A stretch of DNA of 64,000 nt, taken from contig OX597819.1 of NCBI GenBank assembly GCA_951406725.2, forward strand, positions 131,750,001 to 131,814,000. Reading direction: 5' to 3'. Shown here piece by piece: positions 25,401-38,400 of the stretch. Origin of the DNA: Octopus vulgaris (taxonomy: Eukaryota). How positions within the stretch are numbered: the first letter of the stretch is position 1; each line of letters opens with the position of its first letter. The translations under genes and the position numbers were made by a program. The notes under the pieces were generated by a model, which worked only from the letters and a program-made list of their open reading frames with translations, had not been told where the DNA came from and searched no databases.

Positions 25401-28400
25401 TGAAAAGTTTAACCATTTCATTACAATATTTCTGCTGAAGTACACTATTTTATTTTTAACTTTAGACTGTGGCCATGCTGGAGCACAGCCTTCAAGAATT
25501 TCAACCCCGGTACATATTCTTTTAAGCCTGGTATTTATTCTGTCAGTTACTTTTGCAGAATCACTAAGCTACAGGGACATAAACAAACCAACACCAGTTA
25601 AGTGGTGACAGGAAACAAACATACATAAAGACATACACATACATATATACACACAAGCTTCTTTCAGTTTCCATTTACCAAATCCACTCACAAGGCTTTA
25701 GTTGGCCCAAAGCTATAGTAGAAGATACTTGCTCAAGGTGCCACACAGTGGAACTGAACCCAGAACTATGTGGGTGGGAAGCAAGCTTCTTACCACAGAG
25801 CCATGCCTGCACCTAATTCCAATAAATTATGAAAATAATGAAGGATTTACTAAATTAACTTTGGAAAATTACTATTTTTAAATCTCACAACAAAAGATAT
25901 TCAGCAACAGTACTTTGGAGTAAAGATTGTTTGCCAACAAAACGTGGCAGTCCTGGTTTAGGATGAATGTTGCTGTAATTTAGCCCCAGGAGACATTGTC
26001 TCCAGCTGGCTATACGACACAATATGTGTCCTTATATTTTGCTAAATTCCCTTGTTCGAAAATATAAGGAGACAGATCATGTCGTATAACCAGTTGGAGA
26101 CGATGTCTCCTGGGGCTAAATTACAGCAACATTCGTCCTAAACCAGGACTGCCATGTTATGTTGGCAAACAACCTTTACCCCTAAAATAACTTTGTCAGT
26201 ATGGAGTTGGTGCTTAGAACATAACATGAAATTTCTATGGGAAGTTTTAACTTTAATCATTTTAAAACAGGAAGCTGTTATAGAACCAAGAGTGATCTCA
26301 GGTGGATTGGTATTAAAAAGGTTAACTTTTAATATTGAGAGCAATTGCAGTTCAGCTGAGTTCTTAATGTGGATTCCATCATTATATTCTTGGGAAAGCT
26401 ATTTTTTATACTGCTGCTCAGGTTTACACAGGGGCATCAATTAAGAGACGCAATTCATAATATTTGCCAGAAGATTTTTTATGATTTCCCACCATTTCAT
26501 TAGTCCATAGTTTTTTTGTGGATAAAGCTTTTGATAGACTGGGCATCCTATGTAGAAAAGGATATGTCTTTCAGTGACTAAAATCAAAGAAAGCTCTAGA
26601 CAGAACCACATCTTCCAATTTGTGACAGTGAGATAAACAGGGAAAACATAAGTGTGAGAATACGCTGCATGCAATAAGCAGTTTCTGAGAGTGAAAGTAC
26701 GCACCAATGACATCAGGGAGTGGACGTTCATCTTCTTATTTTCGTTAAGAAAAAGGAAAATAAAAAAAATCCAGAGATAGTTTTTGGCATATTTCCTTTT
26801 GTTAATAAAAAGTTCAAAGATGTTTATTTAGCTAAAACATTTTCAGTATTCAAGTTAATTATTTTTTTAAACCAATTAAATATTATCGAAGTGTTAAATT
26901 ATAATAAATGATCATTGAATGAAATGTGTCTAACTTTGAGAAAAAAAATCTCCCAAATAGAAAAAAAAAATCTAATTTGGAAAAAATTTTAATCACTGAA
27001 ATTAGAAAAAGTCCAGAGTCTTAAAATACATACCAATAATATCAGGGAGAGGGCACTCCTCTGCTATACAAAGGGAAAACAAAAAAAAAGTTATAAAAAA
27101 ATTTAGATTTTTTTAAAAAAACTGGTGTGTGTGTGTTTGTTTAAAACTACAAAATTAGCAATGATTAAACTGTTTGGCATTCTGTCAAAATAATAATGCT
27201 CATTTATTCAGATTGTTTTTAATTAATCCTGCATTATCTCAAAGCTCCAAGGTTATGATGATAGGATTGTTTATGTTTAGAATGACACTGTAGGGTAGGA
27301 GTGAGAGGCAAAATCTGGCTGGTTTGAACATCAAACAAAATATCTGAGGTGGATATGGCCGGTTTAAATACTAAAGGGTGAAAGGAAAAAAAAAAGAAAG
27401 TCTTTAACCCCGTAATATTGTTTGCCTAAACACTATTGTTATGAAGACCCATTGCCATTAGCTGCTAATTCACAATATCAAAGTGACTGATTCCTATTTA
27501 TCAAACTGAGAAAACAAAAAACAATTTAAGCCAACAATAAACTTACAATTTTTAGAAGAAAAGGACCCCCCATCCACCCACCCACACCCCTTCCTCACAA
27601 GTTTCGAGGACAACCAGTTTAAGCCAACTTTATCCTGAACCTATTTTCTTATAAAATATAAATTAAGGTTATACAGTTCTATATTTAAGAGATGAGGAAT
27701 TATTTACATTTGACGGATATTTGACCTCATTTTGTTTGTTGCTAACACAAAGTTTCAGCTGATATACCCTTCGGCCTCTTGGGGAAATTGGGGAAATTTC
27801 GAACCTGGGTTCCCATTCCTAAGGTATTTTTTGATATTATTATTATTCAGGTCACTACCTGGAATCAAACTCGGAATCTTGGGGTTAGTAGCCCATGCTC
27901 TTAACCACTACACTATATGCCCGTGGGCAATTATGGAGTGAATTTTAGAGCTTATAAATCTAATATTCTCCTATCCTTCCTTAATACTGGTTCCCATATG
28001 CTATTCAAATCTGCACTCGGTCTGCTTAGGAGGTTGTTGTGTCCTAGCATATGTGCTGCTTCTTTTGGTTTTCGTATTTTCCAGTGGTCCATTATCAGCC
28101 GAAACGTGTTAACAACAAACAAGATGAGGACAAATATCCGTCAAATGTAAATAATGTAAATATAAATTAAGGTTGTTTTTCTTTTTTTTCATATGTCCAA
28201 AATGCAGTTTACTTTAATAGAAATACCAGGAATTGTCTGGACATGGTTTGCTGTGTTCTTTCACAGCAGCGCTAAGAAATATTTCTATACCAAATCAGTT
28301 GCAGTTATTTAGAAGTCTTTAAAAAATCACAACACTCTCACCAATGGTGGTATTGTTATTGTACAATAAACAATAACTTTGGTGAAAGGTGTTCATTCAT

Positions 28401-31400
28401 CTAAATGCCTTGATTGGATGAATGAATGATGACAGCTTTCAGATGCCCTTTGCCAACACAAATCATTTTCATTGAGATAAGTTGGGGCAGAGTGTGTATC
28501 ATGAATAGTTGCTACTAGAAGTAATGACTTCACAGCCAGGGTTGCTATGTGAACGTGTGTGTGTGTGTGTGTGCATTAACAACAGTTAATGATAACCTCT
28601 TTTGTTTTTTGAGGACTTCACATTGAACTTGACCTTTTGTTGATCTCATCAGAGACAAAAGTAACTTGGCTGGCTGTAAGGGGAGGCAACCGGCATGGAA
28701 TCTAATGCCACAGGGTATTTTTGTTCAACACACCAATTCTGCCATTTCATTCTTGACATACTCACACACGCACACACACAATTATATGGGATGCAGGTTT
28801 TCTTTTAGACATATATTGAAAACAACGATTTATCAAGGTTTTAAAAGAATATTTTGTGGGAACATTATCCTCAGTAACATTTGAATATTTTTATTGGTAA
28901 CATTAGCATTTTTAAATACATTATCAATGTTTCTAGATCCTCAGTGTGAAAGGATATTGGTAAGTGTTGCAGGTAACACTAATGTTATTCGTGGAGATAT
29001 TAAAGCTGTAATCTGAATTTTAATCCTTACGGCATTAGTCAGCTGTTTTGGTTTGTGTTTACCTATTTCAGTGTTGTGTTGTGATAAGGGCACTGCTTCC
29101 ATCATTAATCATTTATAAGCATCACAATTCCTTCATATGCGTGTGTGTGTGTGTGTGTGTGTGTGTGGAGATTTTGTAGTGCACAACTGTGTTGTCAACT
29201 GATAATTTCTTGTCTAGTTTTAGGATTTTTACATTTCTAATTTTATAAAAGAGAAAAACTTTGAAAAAGCAAATAAAAAACTAGTTTAACGAATTAGAGG
29301 TACATACCGGAAGTGATTTGAACTGCTTCAATTTTCTCTTCTACCGAGAGAGGTAAAATTTATGAAATTAACAAAATTATTATGAATAAATAGATTACAT
29401 AAATACAATTTTTCCTTTTCATTTTGGAATATATATAAAACAATCCATTAAGAAGCAGGAAGCCATGATTAAATATCCTGTTTATATTTTTTTCTTAACC
29501 CTTTCGTTACTGTATTTATTTTGAGCTGTTCTGTGTTTCTTTCAATTACTTTAAATATAACAAAAGAATTTAGTTATCATTCAGCTAGTGTTAGGAACAT
29601 AAATTGTGACTAAGGAAGATTTTAACTGAAAACTTATGGAAACAAGACATTTGTATTCAGAGCCAGAACTGGTTTCAACTGGGTTGGTAACGAAAGGGTT
29701 AAACCCATTTTCTGCAGAGACAGTTTTAAAGGATTTCAATGATATTCACAGATATACTTCTACAAGTAAATATTATTTTCAGTTATCTCTACTAGACATT
29801 TCTTTTCTTTCCACTCTTCAAGAGATGAATTGTCATCCTTCTAAAGTTTAGTTCTGGTCATGGTTCTAATCAGAGAATATGTGGCAGGTCACCTTCTTTG
29901 AATGCCTGACACACAACGCCCCCAAGAGACTGTTTTACAGCAAACTAGCGAAAGGCATGCGAATGCAAGGTGCTTCGAGGATACACTCAGGGCCTCACTG
30001 AAGAGCTTTTAAGATCAACCCCCGACACCTGCAAAATGCAAACATAAAACTACCCAGCAGAGGTGTGACCCCCTATGAACAGAACAGGATTGCTGAGGCC
30101 CAAAGAAAACACTAACTGCACAAGTCCAAAGCCAATTCTTTGCCTTGGGCCCAAACAGACCACTGGTCCTCTTTCAAAATATTCAACCTGTCTCAGCTGC
30201 TAAGCTGTTAAGCTTTTGGTTTGTTGATGTATGTTGAAATTGGTTTGAGAGTAGGGAGAGGAGCATGCAGATAGCATCAAAGAGTGATTGATTCTGGGAA
30301 TATTTTTATCTTTCTCTGGCAACAAATGCATATTTGCAGTTACAAAAAGATTATCTTATTACTTCATTAAATACAGTGAAATCTCTGCTTAGCTGAGGAC
30401 ATCCAATGTGACAGAAACTTCTCCATGGTTATCTCCCATTTTTACCAAAAGACTCAAAATAATATTAGTCAGTGTCTAATAATTTCTAGTTAGATTTTTA
30501 TGTTTCTTAAATTAGTTAACCCTAAGTTTATACCAGCTGATTAGTCGCAATAGTTGCTCATGGGTTGTAGATAGTAAGTCCAGCACCAATAATTGGTGAA
30601 CTTCATACCCTGCAAGTTCAGAAGAGCTTATACAACAATGAAATCTCTCACAACAGATTCTTAACAGAAGAAATGAAATCATTAGGCTTCATCTACATAC
30701 AGAATACTTCAAATGAGAACACTCCCTAACGAGGAGGTCGGTTCAGATGAGATCTTAATAAATAGCTTGAAAATATAATAGCAGAGGCCATGATATTGTA
30801 TTAACTTCTCCAATCAACACAACTTAGTGGCAAAAACTGTTTAATAACATCAAATGATAAGAAAACATTTGATATCCAATCTACTCTAATAATCACAAAG
30901 ACAGAATAAGAGTCACTTGTAATATGGAGACTTTCCACCAACGACACAATCTCACATCTTGCTTAGCAAAAGACAGGAGAGAAATTTAGAAAAATCCCAT
31001 TCAACATGGCTCGACCAAATACACATACGCAACTGTGACACCAGAGCATAATATGGTCCCTTAACCCATTGGACCTTGTCCAACTGTCTAACCTATATCA
31101 TCATGGAAGGCAGACATAAAATGATGAGGAGGTAAAATTTAACCATCAAAGACTCCACCAAAATCAATATCCTACCATCGTTGGCTATTTATACCAACTC
31201 AAGACAATAAAAACTAGATAAGATCACAACCACATTAAAGCTTAACGAACATTCCACTTCTACAATCAGTACTAATCGTTAAAACAATTATCAGTTATTT
31301 ATTTTTAATATCCTACTTTTCACTACACAAATGGTATCTAGCTACTGTGCTGAATCCTTGCACTCTCCTACTATAAATTAGATGCAGTCAATACAAAATC

Positions 31401-34400
31401 TACCATCATAATAATCTAACCACAATTGATATCAATAAAGCTTTTCACTTCATTTCTTAAAAATACTGCAAAGAATCTACAACTGGACAGAGAGGCTTCA
31501 GTAAGGAGTCTTTTAATAAGAAGAATTGCTTCCATCTTTCAGCCCAGAAATATAGTCTATCATATAGATGAGATTTTACTCTTAAAGAATTTCAAGAATT
31601 TAAAGTCTGATAAGTAGCCTGCCAATTCCAGTGCTGAGGAAGTGGTGCATTGCTAAATGGAGGGAGTTTGTGAAATCACAGGGTACCAGAAACTGGGTAC
31701 CAGAGACAGATGAACTTTCCTGAAAAGAAATTAGCCAGATCCCTACCAAAAACAACAAAAGCAACAGCATTGAAACCATTCGGCATTTTCAGTGAGATCT
31801 TTAGATTTTGATTCTAACCATTCACCATTGTCAAATGTAATGCTTATTTATCCACATGGTTTAAAGTGAATTCTGCATTATCTTTCAAAGATGTGATTGC
31901 CTATCTTTAGAATGACATTGCAGGGTAGGTGTGAGAGGCTGGATCCGGCCAGTTTAAATGCTAAAGGGTTAAAGAGTCCAACATGTGCTATCATTTTTCT
32001 TCCTCTTTGAGCTTTCTTACACATCTTAGGCATCAACTCACATAATACATTACTTAGTCGCAAATCATTCATGCAACTAAACTCAACCACCTCCATTGTT
32101 AAGACTAGACCCAATCATTTTTATTTCTTGCTCATTTCCAGTTGCAAAGCAGCCGTACAATAGAAACCGCTTCCTTATGCAACTATTTTGACTCCTTATT
32201 ACAGTAACGAGCTTGTTAACAACTAAATAATCATCAAAGTAATTAGCTTTCCTCTCTGTTTGCAGTAAATTATTGTATAAATTTAGAAATCTTTGGCAAC
32301 ATCTTTCTTTCACTTTAAAAATTCCTGATCGGGAATGGTGCCTGCCAAACAAGGTTCACCAAACTTCATTCATCTAAGATTCTTAACAGCCTCCAGGAAT
32401 AACAAACGTTGCAGCAGAGAGAAGATTCTAAATCAAAATACAAATTTCATTATGATATGAAAAACTCTAGACATTTTGCTTATTGTGCGAACAATATATT
32501 TATGTCTGTCCATCCGTCTCAGGCTGAAAGTCTTTATCAATGAAGACGTTAGAAAGACCACGTAACACTAAAGATAAACATCCAGCAGAGGAGATAAAAA
32601 TACTGGAGCTGAACCCAATAAAATGGCTCCTTTCTATGTTAACGAATTTCCTGACAATTACCCAAGTTGTTTGGTTCTGTTTACAAATATTCTAGAGATG
32701 AAGACATGATGCTAAAGGAGTCTCGGTTCAGAAATTTCTTCACCAACCTAATAGGGATACAACTTTAGAACTGTGGCTGTAAATAGAAACACAGACAGAA
32801 AGAGACAAAAATATAAAGAAAAAGAAACGACACCAGGAAGGAATAAACAGAATGCTTTAAAGTAAATTCTTAAATAGTAAATAAATATGAGGAAATATTT
32901 TAAATTCACAAGAGAGAGCAGAAAAGGTCCTTCTGAAAGGAAACCAAGGAAGACATGGGAAGAAGTGGTGAAGGCTGAGCTCAAAATAGTAAATCTTATG
33001 AAGGAGTTGATGAGGAATCCCAAGTGGGGATGAGGTGGGTTGGAAAAAGACCATCTAACCCAGGCAGGGTGAATAGACATTTTGGTGATGGTGGTGATGA
33101 TGATTACAATTTAAATCCCTATTCAACCTGCTTGAAATAACAACCAAATTCCATTAACTCACATCTTACAGTCTTAAAACAGTAAAGCATACAAAAAGAT
33201 GAGGTGGTCAGAGCTGAAATGTCATCAGAACTCGAGTTGTAACTAAACAACAACATCTATACAAGCATCATTCAACTGATAATCACATTTTCCTTTAATC
33301 CTAATCCGACACAAATTTCAAGATATCAGCAGCAGCAACCAACAAGACAAGGTCATTATTATCTAATAACATCTCCCCTGATTTATCTCCCCTACTTTTC
33401 TTTACCAGAATTATTAATACTATATTGATGTCATTTCTCCTCACTGAAGGCTTAATCTTAAATTAAAATTTATTGTTCAATTACATTAGGCTAATGTTCA
33501 CTTTGCTGCTTGTAATTAGTTAATTTTACAAATAAAAAGGTCCTTGGCAACAGAAATCTTGTGTAAACTTCTCTGTTGCATGCATGGAATAATATCTCTT
33601 CATGTTAGAAGCATATCTTGGGAAACAAATGTTGCTTAAATCAAAGATAATTACTCAAATTTATAAATCTTTGGATTCTACCAGAATAGTGCTGAAAATT
33701 CTTAGATTATATAAAGTGAATCCAGAACGAAAAAGGATAAAGGAAAAAGACGGGAACTTCATATTTTAGGAACAGATGAAGATTTAGCCTTAAGCTCAAT
33801 TGCTTTTGGTTACCATAGGAACGCAGTTATAAAAAGAGAAAAATTGGCAGCTGTTTTAGGTTAGTTAATTTGTATAAAACTCACTCGTTAGCTGCTCTTA
33901 TGCAACGTGGGAATGAGATAAAGTGAATTGACTTGACCTTAATTCATTATTCATTTTGTTTATCAAGGTGGGGAAATATCAGAAACATCAGACAGGGTTA
34001 CAAATTGATATCAGAAATATTAGCTACGTATTAGACATGAACTTCTCTGGCACATAACACTTTCGATCATCCAGTGTTATTATGAAGAATTTTGCCTTCA
34101 AGTGAGACCAAAAAGTGTAAATAGGATCAAGAATAAAAACAATGAAGTTTTCATTGGAACTGTGACGGATGTAAACCACAATAATTTCAGATTTTACTCA
34201 ACAGAAATATTGGTTTCAAGGAGGTAATTTCAGGGGAAGGAGTAAGTCAATTAAATCAACCCCAGTACGCAACTGGTACTTATTTTATCAACTCTGAAAG
34301 GATGAAAGGCAAAGTCGACCTCAGTAGAACCTGAACATGGAACATAAAGACGGTCAAAATGCCGCCAAGCATTTTGCCCAGCATGCTAACGATTCTGCCA

Positions 34401-34833
34401 GTTTGCCACTTTATTCAATGGAAATATTAAGAAATTTGGTTTCTTGCTATTTGTGATAAGTATAGTTTCTTAATCTGAAGTCTTGGAGAATTTTAATGAC
34501 ATGGTAAATAAATATGGATAATAATAAAAGGGGGTCTTTAATGAATACAGATTAATTAAAACACCATGCATAGCAGCAGTATACTACTACCTACCCTCAG
34601 TTACTGGTGGTGGTGGTGGTGGTAGTTTGCTTTCTGGTGATGGTGGTGGTGGTGGTGGTTACATGATCAAAGCAACCAAGACGTGGAGAGGAGATTATTA
34701 AAATGATGTTTAATAAAAAGAACAAAGAAAACAAAAAAACAAAGATATTCACTAAGAAAATAATCATCTGGTCAAATCAATAGTTTTCCATTAAGACAAC
34801 AAGATACATTCTTTTATATAATAATATCGTAAC

Positions 34834-34864
<31 letters not shown>

Positions 34865-34985
34865 TACTACAAAATATTTCAGGAAAAAAATAATATTTAT
34901 TCACTTTGTGAAGCAAAGAAAAAATATAAGAGATGTGTTTTAAATAAAACAGACACATAAATGTGTGTGTGTGAAAGAGAGAGAG

Positions 34986-35025
<40 letters not shown>

Positions 35026-35405
35026 AGTGGGTGTGTATGTGTGTGTGTGTGTGTGTGAAAGAGAGAGGGGGTGTATGTGTGTGTGTGAAAGAGAGAGAGG
35101 TGTGTATGTGTGAGAGAGAGAGGGTATGTGTATGTGTGTGTGTGAAAGAGAGAGAGAGTAGGGGTGTATAATTCTGTCATTTTCTAGCACATGAAAACTT
35201 TCAACTCTTTCTCTCTCTCTCTTTTATTTTTGTACACACACACACACACACACACAATAAAGTTAGAAACAACTGCAATGCCATTTCCATGCTGATATAG
35301 GAAATGTCTGAGGAAAATTATTTTGGAAGAAAAAAAGTTTTTAAAAATGTAGTAATAAGAATATAACCATTTGTGCGTGTGTGTGTGTGTATAGAGAGAG
35401 AGAGA

Positions 35406-35436
<31 letters not shown>

Positions 35437-38400
35437 GAAGAGAGCAGAGATACAAAGATTGTGTGTGTGTGTTTGTAATTGAAATTCCATAAATATGTTT
35501 TAACTCCCTAACCAATTCCAGACAAGTTAGAAAGAAAACAGATTTGAAACATTTCGTTTGCTACATCAACTGCAAGATTCATATGCAGAAATGTTGACAG
35601 TTCTACAGTTCTACAGTTGGATGCCTGTCGACGCTAAAATGGTCTTTAATCAAATCTGAAACTTTTAAACAGCAAAAATAAGAAAAAAAATTAATTAAAA
35701 TTGATGAAATAATTCTTTAGATAAATAATCTAAATAAAGTAGGAAATAAAAGACATGCTAAACAGTTGTGTTTACCTACCGTAAACAATAGTTTGTGGAA
35801 TTTCATGGTCTAATTCAATTTAAAGAAAGAAAAAAAGGATTAGTGAGGTTTCAATATATTTACTCAAGATTCATTTGTACCATTTCTTTCTAATTCTATT
35901 TAAACAACCACAAATTTCCTAAATACAAAACATCTTTAAGAACAAACAATAAAAATTATAAAAGATTTTACCATATTCTCAGATATTTTGTAACTTATTC
36001 GCAAAAAAAAAAAAAAAAAAACGAAACTAAACTGAAAATAGAATTTTTCTTTCTTATGAAAAAGCTGAGGAAGAAAATTTTGATTAGGGTTAAAAAAAAA
36101 AAATGACTAAAATATTTGTTTCTAACAAAAATAAATAAATAAATAAACAAAACAAATTATATAAGACACTCAAAAGAAAAGGGACAATATTTATGCCATT
36201 TTGGAAGCCCTTTAAGGCTGAAGTGGAAAGAACAGAACAATTTAAATAAAAATACAAAAGAAAAAAAACAGCTGAAATAAAGTCTTTGGTAATTCCGTAA
36301 CTTCCCCAATGGAATTGTCACATAATTCTTCACATAACTCAATTTCTTATGTAATTCCAACTTAATTATCAATCACCAACAATCAAAAGATTCAATTTCA
36401 CAAAATATTTCTAAAACATTTCCATTCTATATTTCACTAAACAATTCTCTGAATCAGTTTGAGAAGAACTAAACCAATGCTACCCAACAGCAACAACAGA
36501 CCAATAAGTCTTTTTTGTATTTTTTATTCCATACATAATTGTCAACACTTCCTCTCAACAAACCTTTTCAGAAATTCGTTAACACCTGGTAAGAACACTA
36601 TTTCACGCAAATGCCTATCTTTAATAACACTTACATTTTCATATTTGCAATTATAATTAATAAAGCCAAACCCATTTGTTAAGACATAAAACTAAACCTG
36701 CCCTTAACTTTCATTCAAGCTCTGGTTGGTTTACACCAACACTTTTTGCAGTTCCTTAGGATCCATTTATTCCAACTGACCACACAACACTTGCACAAAC
36801 TCTTTCTCATTGGCACTGAATGCCAAAGAAACCCCAAATCCTAAACTTAATACAAATACAAAAACAAAAAATTACAAGTTTTCACATTAAATTTATCTTT
36901 TGAAATATAAATGCACTAAATTATCAAGAAAGAAACTAAAATTACAAATATTGAAAAACATTGTCAACATTTGATTGACAGGTCTATCGACATTTGCAGC
37001 AAATATTAACAAAACAAAACAAAAAAGTGATGCCACTGATTTTTTAATGTTTTTATTAAACTTCATTATTTCGAAAAGACTTGCCAAATGATAGAAATGA
37101 AGCAGTTGTTTAATTCTGTTATTGAAATTGTGGAGAGAGGAAGAGCATTAAATAATAGATTTGCACGAAATGTGGTTGCTTCTAATTAATGTGAATTAAG
37201 GGAGATTTAATTATTAAATAATAACTGATTGTGTCTAATTGAAAGTAAATCTGAGAGAGAGTATAATATCTAAATTATTGTAAGGAGACAAAAGGGTCGG
37301 TAGTGCCATGTGTGTAATTAGAATACAGTGGACAAAATGGGGCTATAAAATCTGTTTGGAGGCAGAAAAAACTAGATCCCGCTTCCTCCCTTTGTCTGGA
37401 AGATGGGCAGACATCTGCCAGCATCTGTCCAATGTACTCAGTTACACACACACACACAACACTGGCCTAAAATTAGTACTGCTACAAGAAACTATGACAC
37501 AGACACTCACTCACTCTCTCTCTCTCCAGAATAAATATTAGCATAACAATAATTAATTGAAAGAACTTTCAGTGTGAGAACATAAAATATTGATAAGCAG
37601 CTAAAAGTGATCAGAACAATGGTTTTAAAAAGTAACTCAATAAAAACAATGGCTGCTATTAAAAAAAAACAAAGGAAAACAAAAAAAATCTATTTCAAGG
37701 TAAAAATATTAGCAATATTTTACATTTGCAAATAACAAGAAAAAAAAAAGATATTATTTAAACTACTTTTGTGCATTACTACAGGAACACTTCTCCCCCA
37801 CCCACCCTCTTTTGCCAATCTAATTAAATTTCATAACAATAATTATAATAAAATTTCAACAGGAGAACTACGAAAAATTAACATTAATATATTTTTTTAA
37901 TGTTACGATCTCCAAGACAAAGGAATGTTTTTGTTTACCAAAATTTGGTTGAAAATAATATTAGAATTTACAAGAAGCAAAAACCCTTAAAACAAAATGC
38001 ATTCCCCCCATGACCACCACCACTTTATATCTAAACCCTTTCATCAGGCTTTAATCCCATCATAGACTTGAAAAATATACCTTAAAACTATTTTCTACAT
38101 ATATATGGGTACACATAGGCACGCATGTGTGTTTGGGACGTGTGTACATACTTTACATAAAATAACAAAGCAGATATTGTTTGTGATTGCATATTCTTTT
38201 ATCTGTTTCGGCTGAAAGGTTGTGGCCATGCTGTTGCAAACATCTATGAGCTGGAAGCTGGTCCCGTGTTTTCACCAGTTGTTTAAGATGCCTGAGGAAT
38301 CGAGACACCTTTTTGGGACTCGCACTCTTTGACTCAGAGCAACATCAAAGATTGACAACTGGAGGAAGAAAGGGATGGCTCTCGTTTACAGCTAAGCAGA

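Noticed and set aside
31176-31184. Candidate 9-nt microexon CCAACGATG|gtagga
   Set aside because: Weak acceptor context and donor; too short to support from sequence alone.
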